64,000 bases of DNA from an uncultured Candidatus Saccharibacteria bacterium (GCA_964594415.1 CAZQLQ010000001.1:28850-92849), one strand, 5' to 3'; shown: positions 30,492 to 41,233, counted from the first letter of the stretch. Program-made: numbers and translations. The notes: generated by a model from the sequence alone, not told the origin.

Positions 30492-31783
30492 TGAAAATAA
30501 CTGACGTTAAGGCTATACAAATACTTGATTCAAGGGGCAACCCTACGATCAAAGCTTACGTAAGTGTTGGCGGTGTTTGGGGGGAGTTTGCAGCTCCTAG
30601 CGGAGCTTCTACCGGTATACATGAAGCGCTTGAGTTAAGGGACGGCAAAAAAAAATATAACGGTCTCGGTGTAGAAAGAGCGATAGCTAATATTGTCGGA
30701 CCAATAAAAGAGGCTGTCGTTGGCCTTGAAGTTACAAACCAAAGAACATTAGATAACGTTTTAATCAAGCTCGATGGCACTGAAAATAAGGGTAATTTGG
30801 GGGCAAATGCAATTCTTGCGGTTTCGGGCGCTGCGACTAGAGCGGCGACAAATGCTTTGAATATTCCTCTTTATCAATATTTATATTCTATTTATGAGAA
30901 CGATGGAATTTGGCGAGATAGTAGAGAAGTTTCAAAGGAAAAGTATATTTTGCCAGAGATGTATTTTAATATAATAAACGGTGGTAAACACGCTGAAAAT
31001 AATATCGATATTCAGGAATCAATGATTGTCCCTCATGCAAAAACGATTGCTGATAGAGTCCGGATTGCCAGTGAGGTATACAGCTCTCTAAGAAATTTGT
31101 TAAAGGGAATGAGTCTCCAAACAGGGCTTGGTGATGAGGGGGGATTTGCTCCAAATCTTGATTCAAACACAAAAGCCATAGAGATTATTTTGGAAGCTAT
31201 TGAAAAAGCTGGCTATAGAAAAGGCGAGGATGTTTCAATCGCTCTGGATATCGCAGCATCGGAAATATACGAAGACAGCAAGGATAAAAAATATATTTTA
31301 GCTAGTGAAAATGTGGCACTTTCCTCATTACAGCTTACTAGTTGGTACAAGGAGCTTATCTCAAAGTATCCAATTATTTCTATAGAAGATGGACTTGCAG
31401 AGGATGATTGGGAAGGGTGGAAGCTTATGACCGAACGGATAGGCGATAAGATTCAGCTCGTAGGTGACGATCTCTTTGTTACCAATGTATCCAGGATAAG
31501 AGAGGGACTTGATCATGGAGTTGCAAATGCTGTACTAATTAAAATTAATCAAGTCGGAACAATTACGGAAACTCTTGATGCGATTAGATTGGCAACCCAA
31601 AATGGTTATAAAGCGATGATTTCGCATAGGAGCGGAGAAACTCCCGATTCTTTTATAGCGGATCTTGTAGTTGCTACGGGTGTCGCTCAAATGAAAGCTG
31701 GCGCACCAGCAAGAGGAGAAAGAACAGCAAAGTATAATCGTCTGATTGAAATAGAAAATGAAATTCTAGAAAATACAAAATAG
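30491..31783 (+). CDS. eno: enolase (phosphopyruvate hydratase)
   Basis: MKITDVKAIQILDSRGNPTI and conserved enolase metal/substrate motifs. Confidence 0.95.
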   Translation: MKITDVKAIQILDSRGNPTIKAYVSVGGVWGEFAAPSGASTGIHEALELRDGKKKYNGLGVERAIANIVGPIKEAVVGLEVTNQRTLDNVLIKLDGTENKGNLGANAILAVSGAATRAATNALNIPLYQYLYSIYENDGIWRDSREVSKEKYILPEMYFNIINGGKHAENNIDIQESMIVPHAKTIADRVRIASEVYSSLRNLLKGMSLQTGLGDEGGFAPNLDSNTKAIEIILEAIEKAGYRKGEDVSIALDIAASEIYEDSKDKKYILASENVALSSLQLTSWYKELISKYPIISIEDGLAEDDWEGWKLMTERIGDKIQLVGDDLFVTNVSRIREGLDHGVANAVLIKINQVGTITETLDAIRLATQNGYKAMISHRSGETPDSFIADLVVATGVAQMKAGAPARGERTAKYNRLIEIENEILENTK

Positions 31784-31821
31784 ACCGATTTGTGTATAAA
31801 TTAAATGGGAACTAATCTTTA

Positions 31822-33357
31822 ATGAACAGAAATGTTTTGCTTATTATTTTGGATGGCTGGGGTATAGCTCCTGCAAGCGAAAGCAACGCTATTTCGCTTT
31901 CAAATTTACCTAACTATAATTTGTATTGGAAAAAGTATCCGCATATCGAGCTTGCGGCGTCGGGGATTGCTGTCGGCCTGCCAGAAGGACAAATTGGCAA
32001 CTCTGAAGTTGGGCATTCAAATATCGGCGCTGGCAGAGTAATTCTTGAGGATCTTCCAAGGATTAATAGGGCTATTGATAACAAGTCCTTCTTTAAAAAC
32101 AAAGCACTTGTAGACGCCTGTGAGTATGCAAAAAGAACTAAAAATTCTCTTCATTTAATAGGGCTTGTTAGCCCTGGTGGCGTTCATTCGCATCAAAATC
32201 ATCTTTATGCCCTTCTTGAGCTAGCAAAAAAAGTGGGGGTCGAGAGTGTGTTCATACATGTAATAACCGACGGTAGGGATGTTGATCCAAAGAGTGCCCT
32301 AAGGTATGTCGTCCAGTTAGAGTCAAAGATTAAAAGAATCGGAGTCGGGGAAATTGCAACTGTTTGCGGCAGATATTATATGATGGATAGGGATAATAGG
32401 TGGAATAGGGTAGAAAAAGCTTATGGAATGTTGGTTATGGGAGAAGCGAAAGAGGCCCCATCTGCTAAAATAGCAATTAATGATTCTTACAAAAAAAATA
32501 TTACTGACGAATTTATTGAGCCTGTAATCATAAAAAAAGAGGGGTTGATTAAGGACAAAGACGCCGTCATTTTCTTTAATATAAGATCGGATAGACCAAG
32601 GGAGATCACTAAAGCACTAATCCAGAAGAAGTTTGACAGTTTTGTTAGAAGAAAGATTTTTGATAATCTGTATTTTGTGTCAATGACCGAATATGAAAAG
32701 GACCTCCCGGTAAAGGCAGTAGCCTTTGAGCCGCAAATAATAAAAAATTGCCTTGCGGAAGTATTGTCAAATAACGGTCTTACGCAGCTTCATATTGCAG
32801 AAACAGAAAAGTATGCGCATGTTACTTTTTTCTTCAACGGAGGGAGCGAGAAGCCGTTTCCTCATGAAAAAAGGGTTTTAGTCCCTTCTCCAAAAGTCGC
32901 TACTTATGATCTTGCTCCCGAGATGAACGCAAAAGGTGTTTGTGAAGGGATTCTTAATAATATAGGTCGCTACAATTTTATAGTTGCTAATTTTGCAAAT
33001 GCAGATATGGTAGGGCATACGGGGAATGTAGAAGCGGTTGTAAGATCTTGTGAAAAAGTTGATGAATGCCTGGGGAAAATTGTGAAAATGGCAGAGAAAT
33101 TTAATTACGAAACTTTAATTATTGCCGACCATGGTAATGCGGAAAAGATGAAAACAGACGATGGCGAGCCTCATACGGCACATACTACAAACAAGGTGCC
33201 ATTTATCTATATTGGAAACAGATATAAAATAAAAGAGGTGATAGAGCCAAAGCTTGGAAATGTCGCACCAACTATTCTTGAATTGATGTCCGTGAAAAAG
33301 CCAAAGGAGATGACAGAGAGCTCAATTCTAGATAAAATAAAATCAGGAGAGAAATAA
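31822..33357 (+). CDS. gpmI: 2,3-bisphosphoglycerate-independent phosphoglycerate mutase
   Basis: LLIILDGWG, the SDRPREIT-type motif and the ADHGNAE metal-binding motif; 511 aa. Confidence 0.9.
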   Translation: MNRNVLLIILDGWGIAPASESNAISLSNLPNYNLYWKKYPHIELAASGIAVGLPEGQIGNSEVGHSNIGAGRVILEDLPRINRAIDNKSFFKNKALVDACEYAKRTKNSLHLIGLVSPGGVHSHQNHLYALLELAKKVGVESVFIHVITDGRDVDPKSALRYVVQLESKIKRIGVGEIATVCGRYYMMDRDNRWNRVEKAYGMLVMGEAKEAPSAKIAINDSYKKNITDEFIEPVIIKKEGLIKDKDAVIFFNIRSDRPREITKALIQKKFDSFVRRKIFDNLYFVSMTEYEKDLPVKAVAFEPQIIKNCLAEVLSNNGLTQLHIAETEKYAHVTFFFNGGSEKPFPHEKRVLVPSPKVATYDLAPEMNAKGVCEGILNNIGRYNFIVANFANADMVGHTGNVEAVVRSCEKVDECLGKIVKMAEKFNYETLIIADHGNAEKMKTDDGEPHTAHTTNKVPFIYIGNRYKIKEVIEPKLGNVAPTILELMSVKKPKEMTESSILDKIKSGEK

Positions 33358-33360
33358 TTT

Positions 33361-34341
33361 ATGCTAGATGTGATTACTATAGGCAGTGTATCTAGAGACG
33401 TCTTTTTCTTGACGAGAGAAGGAAGGGTAATAGATGATACAGTAATACCGGGAAAAAAATTTTTAGCATTTGAATATGGCTCTAAAATCATTCCTGAAAA
33501 TTCATTATTTACATATGGCGGTGCAGGTGCGAACACGGCAATTTCATTTTCGCTATTAGGACTTAAGACAGCGACAGTAGTAAATATAGGTTCTGAGGGG
33601 ACAGGAGACTTGGTTCTTGGTGATCTCAAGAAAGCTGGAGTTAATTGTAAGTTTGTGAATAGGGATAAAAACAACCATACCGCTCTCTCGATAATCATAG
33701 ATGTTCCGGGTGAAGATCATATAATGTTTTTACATAGGGGATCGAACGACTATATCAATATAAAAAATTGGAAAAAGCTAAAATCTAAGTGGATATATCT
33801 TTCTTCGCTTACCGGCGAGTCAACTGCTCTTATCCCCAAAATTTTTACTTTGAAAAAAGAAAAAGGGATTAAGATAGCTTGGAACCCAGGCAGTGAACAG
33901 TTATCGCTTGGATATAGCGGTCTGGCTGATTTTCTCTCACAAACAGACGTGCTGATATTGAATAGAAATGAAGCAACCAAACTGGCTCTTTCGAAAGACG
34001 GAAACGTTGACTTTTGCGACGAAAAGAGCTTGCTCAGGACGCTTTATGAGATGACTGGCGGGATTGTGGTTATAACTGATGGGCACAAGGGATCGTATGC
34101 TATTGATGGAAAGAATGAATACTTTGAGCCAATCAAAAAGGTAGAAGTTCTTGAAACTACTGGTGCCGGAGATGCTTTTGGGTCTACTTTTGTGACTGGC
34201 ATGATAAGGGGCTTTGATGTAAGGCAATGCATGGAGATGGCTTCTTTTAATTCGGCAAACGTAATAAGATTTATTGGCGCACAGGCTGGATTGATGACAA
34301 TACGGAGTCTAAGTGCTAAAATGAAAAAAGGCGGAAATTAG
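33361..34341 (+). CDS. PfkB-family carbohydrate kinase (ribokinase-like)
   Basis: The TTGAGDAFGSTFVTG anion-hole/GAGD motif; 326 aa. Confidence 0.8.
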   Translation: MLDVITIGSVSRDVFFLTREGRVIDDTVIPGKKFLAFEYGSKIIPENSLFTYGGAGANTAISFSLLGLKTATVVNIGSEGTGDLVLGDLKKAGVNCKFVNRDKNNHTALSIIIDVPGEDHIMFLHRGSNDYINIKNWKKLKSKWIYLSSLTGESTALIPKIFTLKKEKGIKIAWNPGSEQLSLGYSGLADFLSQTDVLILNRNEATKLALSKDGNVDFCDEKSLLRTLYEMTGGIVVITDGHKGSYAIDGKNEYFEPIKKVEVLETTGAGDAFGSTFVTGMIRGFDVRQCMEMASFNSANVIRFIGAQAGLMTIRSLSAKMKKGGN

Positions 34342-34378
34342 TTATTAGCAAGAATTTTTTTACAACCTTGGGAGGGAG

Positions 34379-34879
34379 ATGAATAAAACAATAATTTTAA
34401 TTTTAAGTTTAGTAATGACCCTTTTGGTTATTGGCTCCGGTATTGGACTTATGTCATACCGACAATCTAAATACAAGGAAGAAAATAAAATCGTTCAGGC
34501 TAAAATAGATGAAAAACAAATGGAGTTGGACGCGATAAAGAAAGAAGTGGATGCAAACGGTTACAGACCATCTGATGTTGTAAATAATTTCTTCGATGAG
34601 CTAAATAGAAACGATGAGGATGCGGCGAGCTTATACCTGTCAAGCCAATACAACGTTGTTTTTGCCACGAAGTCACTTGATTTCGATTTTAAAACAGATC
34701 AACCTTTGCTTATGGAGACTAACACTTCAATCTCTGACGAAGATGCGATTGTAAACGTGAGCTTTGCCGTTAAGGGGAGCTCGGAATATGAAATTAGATT
34801 TTTTTATATTATAAAAGAAGATAATGTTTGGAAAATATCAAAAATCAAAAAAACAAGTGGGGTTCAGGAAGATGTATAA
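34379..34879 (+). CDS. hypothetical secreted/anchored protein (NTF2-like?)
   Basis: An N-terminal TM/signal region; 166 aa. Confidence 0.45.
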   Translation: MNKTIILILSLVMTLLVIGSGIGLMSYRQSKYKEENKIVQAKIDEKQMELDAIKKEVDANGYRPSDVVNNFFDELNRNDEDAASLYLSSQYNVVFATKSLDFDFKTDQPLLMETNTSISDEDAIVNVSFAVKGSSEYEIRFFYIIKEDNVWKISKIKKTSGVQEDV

Positions 34880-35690
34880 AGCTAGAAAGCCAATATCTTC
34901 AAATAACCGTTTGAAGTCAATTCTTGGTGTAGTGCTAGTGCTTGCGATTTTGCTGATTTGCTTTGGGGCCTTGAAGTTAAGCAGTCTTAAACCTGCCAAC
35001 GGACAAAAGGTAGAGGTCAATATCGAAACTGGCGATCGCCCATTAAAAACAAATACGATTCTATACATTAATGCAGAAAACGGGTTGAGTTTAAGAAAAG
35101 ATCACAGTTCTGATTCTGAAAGACTGACAATTATCCCGAATAAGACAAGAGTCGAATCAACGGAAGAGCTTGATGGCTGGTACAAAATTACTTACAATGG
35201 AACAGAGGGTTGGATTTCCAAGGAATATACTACACTCACTGCACCACCTGAGGATCCAACAAAAGAATGGTCATATTATCTTGATACCAATAATGGGTTT
35301 AAAATCAAATACCCTAAGGGATGGAAATACCAAAATTACGGGTCAAACAATAACACGAAGGCCATATCGTTAATTGCCTTTAGTAATCAGGACCTGCCTT
35401 CTACATTACCCGAGGGAAGTGATTTTCTTGCTCCGGTTACATTGACGGTTTCTAGCTCAACATTCGAAGAGATAAACACTGCGCTATCATCTATTGATGG
35501 GGCTACAAAAGAAGACCTGAATGTCGGTTCTATAGCTGGAAAGAAGTATACATACATATCGGTAATTTCAAATACGCAAATGACAACGATCGTTTTTGAT
35601 ATAAACGGGAAAACAGTAGTCCTAAGTGAGCCCGGCGGCTACTTAGAAGATCTGCAAAAAATGGTATCAACACTTACTTTAGGAGCATAA
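34872..35690 (+). CDS. membrane-anchored SH3b-domain surface protein
   Basis: I chose the internal ATG at 34872, which overlaps the upstream stop by 8 nt. An N-terminal TM helix is followed by an SH3_3-like segment (GLSLRKDHSSDSERLTIIP..GWYKITYNGTEGWIS). The C-terminal domain is paralogous to the 55094 gene. Confidence 0.55.
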   Translation: MYKARKPISSNNRLKSILGVVLVLAILLICFGALKLSSLKPANGQKVEVNIETGDRPLKTNTILYINAENGLSLRKDHSSDSERLTIIPNKTRVESTEELDGWYKITYNGTEGWISKEYTTLTAPPEDPTKEWSYYLDTNNGFKIKYPKGWKYQNYGSNNNTKAISLIAFSNQDLPSTLPEGSDFLAPVTLTVSSSTFEEINTALSSIDGATKEDLNVGSIAGKKYTYISVISNTQMTTIVFDINGKTVVLSEPGGYLEDLQKMVSTLTLGA

Positions 35691-35691
35691 A

Positions 35692-36528
35692 ATGGTCGAT
35701 ACGATTAATCCAAATGCACAAACACCGGAACCGCCTTCAGAAGGGGGCGATCTTAATCAAACTTCAAATACGGCCTCGACGCCTACTTCTTCTGGAGCAG
35801 GATTTTATAACGGGTTTGATAGACCAGATAGTACGCGAATCAACTTAGCGGGCGATAATCCGGGAAAAGTAGAGAGGATTGGAAATGACGAATATGACAG
35901 ATTGGCGAATCAGAAACTAGTAGGAAGCGTCCCGCCTGAAAAGGATTTTGACAACGGGGAAAATCTATCAAATCTGGATCCAAAGCTACAAGAGATAAAA
36001 ATTGAACCAAAACCTGAGTCGAAGTTCAACGAATTACCGCCGAAAGACATTTTAGAAAAAGAAGATGATGCGAATGGCGTAACGAATCCGGCTAGCGTTG
36101 GGTCCCAAGCTCCTCATTTTGCTCCGGTTGAACCTAAAGAACCGATGACTCCTTCGGTAAAGATAAACGAGAAGGAGCCTTTGAACGTAAAAGCTATTTT
36201 GATGATTCTCTTTGGAGGAATAGCTGTTGCAGCAATAGTCGGGTTTCTAAGCTATTATTTTTCAGGGTTGTATTATGACAAGAAGATTGATGAACAAGAG
36301 AAAAAACTTTCGGAAATTGAAGAACAGATTAATACGCTAAATCAGGGGCCAGCTCCTCTTACTCCTTCTACGACGTCTACAACCGTTCCTTCTTCAACTA
36401 CTACCACAATTCCTTCGGCAACGACGACTACGAAGCAAATAGTTGTTCCATCGACTACAACGACAACCACTACAACCACAACAAAGGCTATAACACCGGC
36501 TACAACGATTCCAGGCGGACTCGGTTAA
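35692..36528 (+). CDS. hypothetical bitopic membrane protein with a coiled coil and a poly-Thr tail
   Basis: A central TM helix (AILMILFGGIAVAAIVGFL), then a coiled coil, then a TTTTTTTTTT tract. Confidence 0.5.
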   Translation: MVDTINPNAQTPEPPSEGGDLNQTSNTASTPTSSGAGFYNGFDRPDSTRINLAGDNPGKVERIGNDEYDRLANQKLVGSVPPEKDFDNGENLSNLDPKLQEIKIEPKPESKFNELPPKDILEKEDDANGVTNPASVGSQAPHFAPVEPKEPMTPSVKINEKEPLNVKAILMILFGGIAVAAIVGFLSYYFSGLYYDKKIDEQEKKLSEIEEQINTLNQGPAPLTPSTTSTTVPSSTTTTIPSATTTTKQIVVPSTTTTTTTTTTKAITPATTIPGGLG

Positions 36529-36546
36529 TCAAGATAGGAGGATATT

Positions 36547-38622
36547 TTGCTCAACAGAGATTTTCTTAACCCAAAATCTGTGGCTATAATTGGTGCTTCT
36601 TCAAACCCAGAGAAGATTGGATTTAATCTTGTAAAGAATATCATCGATGGAGGATACAAAGGAAGAATTTATCCCGTTAATCCAAATGAGGATAATATTT
36701 TAGGCCATAAGGTCTATCCTAGTGTTGGTGGAATTATCGATGAAATCAGTCTTGCTGTTATCGTAGTTCCTGCAAAAATTGTTGCGGAAGTGATTTTGGA
36801 ATGCGGGAAAAAGAAAGTTAAAAATGTAATAATAATTTCTGCTGGATTTGGAGAAGCAGGTGAAGAGGGAATAAGTCGGCAAACAGAAATCATCAATATT
36901 GCAGAAGAATATGATATCCAAATACTGGGACCGAATTGTCTCGGTATTATTGATCCAACATATTCCCTCAATGCTTCTTTTGCGAAAAAAATGCCTAAAA
37001 AAGGGAATATTGCTGTATTATCCCAAAGCGGAGCTACCTGTACTGCTATTTTGGATTGGGCAGAAAAAGAGGGAGTAGGATTTTCTCATTTTATTAGCTT
37101 GGGGAATAAAGCTAGTTTAAACGAAAACGAGTTCATAGAATATCTGGCGAGCGACAAAGAGACGAAGGTGGTTGTTGGCTATCTTGAGTCGATCAGTGAT
37201 GGAAAACGCTTTTTAGAACTTGCTAAAAGACTAACGAGCAGAAAGCCATTCATATTACTAAAATCAGGAAGAAGTGCAAGAGGACAAAAAGCAGCAAGTT
37301 CCCACACAGGGGCTATTGCTTCCGACGATATCATTCTTGATTTAGCTTTTGAAGAAGCGGGAATAATAAGGGCGGATTCACTGGAAGATATTTTTGAATG
37401 GGCAACGATTTTTTCTACCATGGAGCTTCCAAAGAACAAGGAAGTCTTGATAATTACTAATGCTGGTGGACCAGCAGTAATGGCAACTGATGCAATGGAG
37501 GAGAATAAGAATATCTTTTTTTATAATCTTTCTGAAAGACAGAGAAATGCACTTGAGCGAGTATTGCCTTTGGGCTCTAGTATTTCAAATCCGCTTGATA
37601 TATTAGGAGATGCAGATAGTAAAAGGTTCAAAGCTGTCTTGCCGATATTAAACGAAGGCAATTCATCGGGAATGGATATAATAATTTTAACGCCGCAAAC
37701 AAGCACGGATGCCGAAAACATAGCAAAAATTATTGTTGAAGAAGGGATGGGAAAAGCAATAGTGGTGCTTCTGGGCGGTAAGAGTTTTGAAAAAGCTGAA
37801 ATTGTTTTAGCCGAAGGGAACGTTCCGACTTTTCTTTATCCTGATAGAGCAGTTCGTGCGGTTGACAAGCTTATTTTATACGCATCTAACCTTAATAAGA
37901 ATCAGGAAAAAAATAATTTTTCTCCAAGTGGCAAAGAAATGGCAGAGAAAATAGTAGGGCTTAATACAAATCTTAATGATATAGAGATTTCTGAACTTAT
38001 GAAGGCTTACGATATTCCAGTTTTAGTGCCTAGAATAGCAAATACTTGTGAAGAAGCTCAATGCTTTGCTAAAGAAATCGGGTATCCGGTTGTTCTCAAA
38101 ATAGCATCTCCAGATATTTTGCATAAGACTGATGCCGGCGGTGTAGAATTGAATATTAGCGATCCGGAAACGTTAGAAAGGAAGTTCAAAAAAATACTTC
38201 TTAGCGTTAAACATTATGATCCAAGCGCCAAAATTATGGGAGTTTCTGTTTCTAAGATGGTGGAGCCAGGAATCGAAGTTGCGATCGGCGCGAAAAGAGA
38301 TCCTGTTTTCGGGCCAGTTGTTATGTTTGGTCTCGGAGGTATTTATATTGAGATTCTCAAAGATTTTAAATTAGGACTTGCTCCTTTGAGTATCGAGAAA
38401 GCAATAGATATGATTAAAGGGATCAGATCTTTCAAGTTGCTTGACGGCTTCAGAGGTGGAGAGAGATATGACATCTTGCCAATAGCCAGGATTATCTCTT
38501 CACTTTCTATTATGATGACAGACTTTGACCAAATTATGGAAATAGATATTAACCCTCTTCGAATTGAAGAAACCAGCAAGACGATTTACGGTCTAGACGC
38601 AAAAGTTATTTTCAAAAAGTGA
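36547..38622 (+). CDS. acetyl-CoA synthetase (ADP-forming), fused alpha/beta
   Basis: A TTG start after AGGAGGA. An N-terminal CoA-binding domain (VAIIGAS), then a succinyl-CoA-synthetase-like flavodoxin domain, then a C-terminal ATP-grasp domain; 691 aa. Confidence 0.85.
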   Translation: MLNRDFLNPKSVAIIGASSNPEKIGFNLVKNIIDGGYKGRIYPVNPNEDNILGHKVYPSVGGIIDEISLAVIVVPAKIVAEVILECGKKKVKNVIIISAGFGEAGEEGISRQTEIINIAEEYDIQILGPNCLGIIDPTYSLNASFAKKMPKKGNIAVLSQSGATCTAILDWAEKEGVGFSHFISLGNKASLNENEFIEYLASDKETKVVVGYLESISDGKRFLELAKRLTSRKPFILLKSGRSARGQKAASSHTGAIASDDIILDLAFEEAGIIRADSLEDIFEWATIFSTMELPKNKEVLIITNAGGPAVMATDAMEENKNIFFYNLSERQRNALERVLPLGSSISNPLDILGDADSKRFKAVLPILNEGNSSGMDIIILTPQTSTDAENIAKIIVEEGMGKAIVVLLGGKSFEKAEIVLAEGNVPTFLYPDRAVRAVDKLILYASNLNKNQEKNNFSPSGKEMAEKIVGLNTNLNDIEISELMKAYDIPVLVPRIANTCEEAQCFAKEIGYPVVLKIASPDILHKTDAGGVELNISDPETLERKFKKILLSVKHYDPSAKIMGVSVSKMVEPGIEVAIGAKRDPVFGPVVMFGLGGIYIEILKDFKLGLAPLSIEKAIDMIKGIRSFKLLDGFRGGERYDILPIARIISSLSIMMTDFDQIMEIDINPLRIEETSKTIYGLDAKVIFKK

Positions 38623-38657
38623 TAATTCGATTAATATTATAATATTGAGGAGGGTTC

Positions 38658-39713
38658 TTGGGGGCTAATAAAAGTAATAGATTGTTACTAACAGGTAATG
38701 AAGTAGTTCTTAGGGCGGCGCTGGTTGCAGGTGCTAATTTTTTTGCTGGCTATCCAATTACGCCAACAACGGAGGTTTTGAGCGGGTGGGCAAAAGAAGC
38801 GGTTAAAAATAAAAACCTAGGTTTCCTACAGACAGAGGATGAAACAGCGGCTGGAATGGCGGTTATTGGTGCAGTATTGGCCGGAAAAAAGGCTTGGACT
38901 ACAACAGCTGGCATAGGACACGTTTTAATGCAGGATCCCTTATCTCTAGCCGAATCGCAGAGAATACCGTTTGTAGCGTATATAGGACAGCGTGGAGGGC
39001 CTTCCACAGGGACTGTTTTATTTTCTCAACAAGAGTTAACTTTGGCACGTTTTGGTGGTAATGGGGAGGGACTTAGGATAGTGTATGCGCCTTCCAATTT
39101 GCAAGAATTATATCTTCTTACACAAAAAGCTTTTAATGCAGCGTGGAAGTATAGATTCCCAACAATTATTCTTGGGGACGGCTATCTTTCCAAAACGCAA
39201 AGCGAAGTAAATGTAGAGGAGAAATTGTCTCAAGTTCAAGCTACCCCAATAGTCTTAAATGGTCCTGTAAAAAATATGCGCAATTGTTTTTCAAGAGAGG
39301 ATGAACTAGCTGACTATCTAAAGGTATTATTTAACGATTTTGCTATTGCTAGCAAAGAATTGGTTGAGTCAGAATCTTACGAAACAGCTGACGCCGAAAT
39401 TGTTGTTTTCGCGTGGGGCACAGTAGGATATGCTGCCAAAATTGCTGTCAGAAACCTAAGAAAAGAAGGGGTCAAGGCAGGTTTGTTTAGACCTATTACA
39501 ATGCGACCGTTTGATGCAGAAAATGCTATTAAATCAGTAGAAAAAGCTAAATTCGTATTGATCGTAGAATCAAGCGCCGGTCATTTTGGTAGGATTGTCA
39601 GAGAAACGCTTGCTCAATCAACCGATGCGACATTTAAAAGGTTCTATAAGCCCGTTGAAGGAATTACAACTGAAGAAATTGAAATAAAGACAAAAGAGGT
39701 TATAAATGCTTGA
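38658..39713 (+). CDS. porA: 2-oxoacid (pyruvate/ketoisovalerate):ferredoxin oxidoreductase, alpha subunit
   Basis: The transketolase-like Pyr domain and POR alpha family architecture; 351 aa. Confidence 0.8.
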   Translation: MGANKSNRLLLTGNEVVLRAALVAGANFFAGYPITPTTEVLSGWAKEAVKNKNLGFLQTEDETAAGMAVIGAVLAGKKAWTTTAGIGHVLMQDPLSLAESQRIPFVAYIGQRGGPSTGTVLFSQQELTLARFGGNGEGLRIVYAPSNLQELYLLTQKAFNAAWKYRFPTIILGDGYLSKTQSEVNVEEKLSQVQATPIVLNGPVKNMRNCFSREDELADYLKVLFNDFAIASKELVESESYETADAEIVVFAWGTVGYAAKIAVRNLRKEGVKAGLFRPITMRPFDAENAIKSVEKAKFVLIVESSAGHFGRIVRETLAQSTDATFKRFYKPVEGITTEEIEIKTKEVINA

Positions 39714-40422
39714 ACCAAGGATGCCAAAAAGCTTAAAAGTTGATTCTAAACCGAGTAACTTTTGTCCTGGTTGCGGTTATGGCTTAACTTTGAAAATTTT
39801 AGGCGAAGTAATCGATGAAATGGAAATCGCTACAAAGACTTTTATTGGTTTGGACATTGGTTGCAATCTTTTGGCTTGGGATTATTTTGACATAGATACC
39901 TTTCAGACTCATCATGGCAGGGTGACACCACTGCTCTCGGGCTATAAAAGAGCTGAAAAAGATAGTATCTCCTTGGGTATCGCTGGTGATGGCGGGCTTT
40001 ATTCTATCGGCCTTCAAAGCTTGTTACACGCTGCCCACAGAAACGAGCCAATTACAATCATTGGAGTTAACAATACTCTTTATGGTATGACAGGAGGTCA
40101 GGCTGCACCTACTACAATGCCTGGAGAAGTAACCGATACGACGCCGGGCGGAGAGTTTACCAATGAAAAACCAATTTTCGGACCTGAATTAGTGAAGGAA
40201 GTTGCTCATGAACATGCATATCTTGCAAGAGCAACCGTTTTAAACTTGCCGGGGCTTAAAATGATGATGAAAAAAGCAATTGAAGCTCAGATCAAAGGTA
40301 ATTTTGCACTTGTCGAAGTAATTTCGATGTGTCCTACCAACTGGAAAACAAATGCCGCAGAAACAATAGAGTTTGCTCGAAAAATGAGCGAGACCTTCAA
40401 AACAGGGGTAATAAATGAATAG
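39706..40422 (+). CDS. porB: 2-oxoacid:ferredoxin oxidoreductase, beta (TPP-binding) subunit
   Basis: The CPGCGY..GxDIGC TPP/Fe-S motifs (CPGCGYG, IGLDIGCN). Confidence 0.8.
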   Translation: MLEPRMPKSLKVDSKPSNFCPGCGYGLTLKILGEVIDEMEIATKTFIGLDIGCNLLAWDYFDIDTFQTHHGRVTPLLSGYKRAEKDSISLGIAGDGGLYSIGLQSLLHAAHRNEPITIIGVNNTLYGMTGGQAAPTTMPGEVTDTTPGGEFTNEKPIFGPELVKEVAHEHAYLARATVLNLPGLKMMMKKAIEAQIKGNFALVEVISMCPTNWKTNAAETIEFARKMSETFKTGVINE

Positions 40423-40984
40423 AAATAATTTTAGAATTTTAATCGCAGGTGAAGGTGGGCAAGGTGTTCAGCGTATTGCTCATGCTTTTACTCACGCAGC
40501 CTTTAATGCAAATTTGCACGTTACTTATATGCCCAATTATGGAGTTGAGCAGAGGGGCGGAGTTTCTTTGGGATTCCTTCAATACGGAGAAGAGGAGATC
40601 GGATTTCCGAAATTTTCTACTGCTGATATCCTGGTTGTTATGTGCTCTAGGGCGGTCCAGAGAACAAAACAATACATCGGAGACGACACGATTTATATTT
40701 ACGATGACGGACTTATTAAGAGCTCGGAAATTTCCGATATTACAGCTCAAAAGATCGCCATCTCAGCAACGAAAATTGCAAATGAGAAATTGACTCCCAA
40801 AACATTCAATATGATTTTGGCTGGAGCGCTTTTGTCCGAAACAGTTGGTTTGAATCTGAAGGGCATAGAGGAAGCGCTCGAAGTTGATTTTAAGGATAAG
40901 TATGTTCAGAAACCGGAAATGCGAAGTTTTAATAAAAGGGCGCTAGAATTAGGATATAAACTAGCAAAAGATGCCTACAAATAA
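40415..40984 (+). CDS. porG: 2-oxoacid:ferredoxin oxidoreductase, gamma subunit
   Basis: 189 aa with the POR gamma fold (ILIAGEGGQGVQ). Confidence 0.75.
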   Translation: MNRNNFRILIAGEGGQGVQRIAHAFTHAAFNANLHVTYMPNYGVEQRGGVSLGFLQYGEEEIGFPKFSTADILVVMCSRAVQRTKQYIGDDTIYIYDDGLIKSSEISDITAQKIAISATKIANEKLTPKTFNMILAGALLSETVGLNLKGIEEALEVDFKDKYVQKPEMRSFNKRALELGYKLAKDAYK

Positions 40985-40990
40985 GAGGAA

Positions 40991-41233
40991 TTGAGTATGA
41001 ATAGAGAACCAAAAAAATTTGAAGAAAAAGGTAAAAAGTGGACTCAATTTCCTGAGTATTGCAAAAGTTGTGGGCTTTGTAAGGAAGTATGTCCAGTGAA
41101 ATGCCTTGATTGGGATGATAAAGTCTTGGGACACTTTGGACAACCATCGATTAAATGTGACATTTCTAAGTGTATTCAGTGTAAAAAATGCGAAAATATT
41201 TGCCCTGATATGGCAATAAGAGTAAAGGACTAA
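40991..41233 (+). CDS. porD: 2-oxoacid:ferredoxin oxidoreductase delta subunit (2x[4Fe-4S] ferredoxin)
   Basis: CKSCGLCKEVCP and CIQCKKCENICP cluster motifs; 80 aa. Confidence 0.8.
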   Translation: MSMNREPKKFEEKGKKWTQFPEYCKSCGLCKEVCPVKCLDWDDKVLGHFGQPSIKCDISKCIQCKKCENICPDMAIRVKD

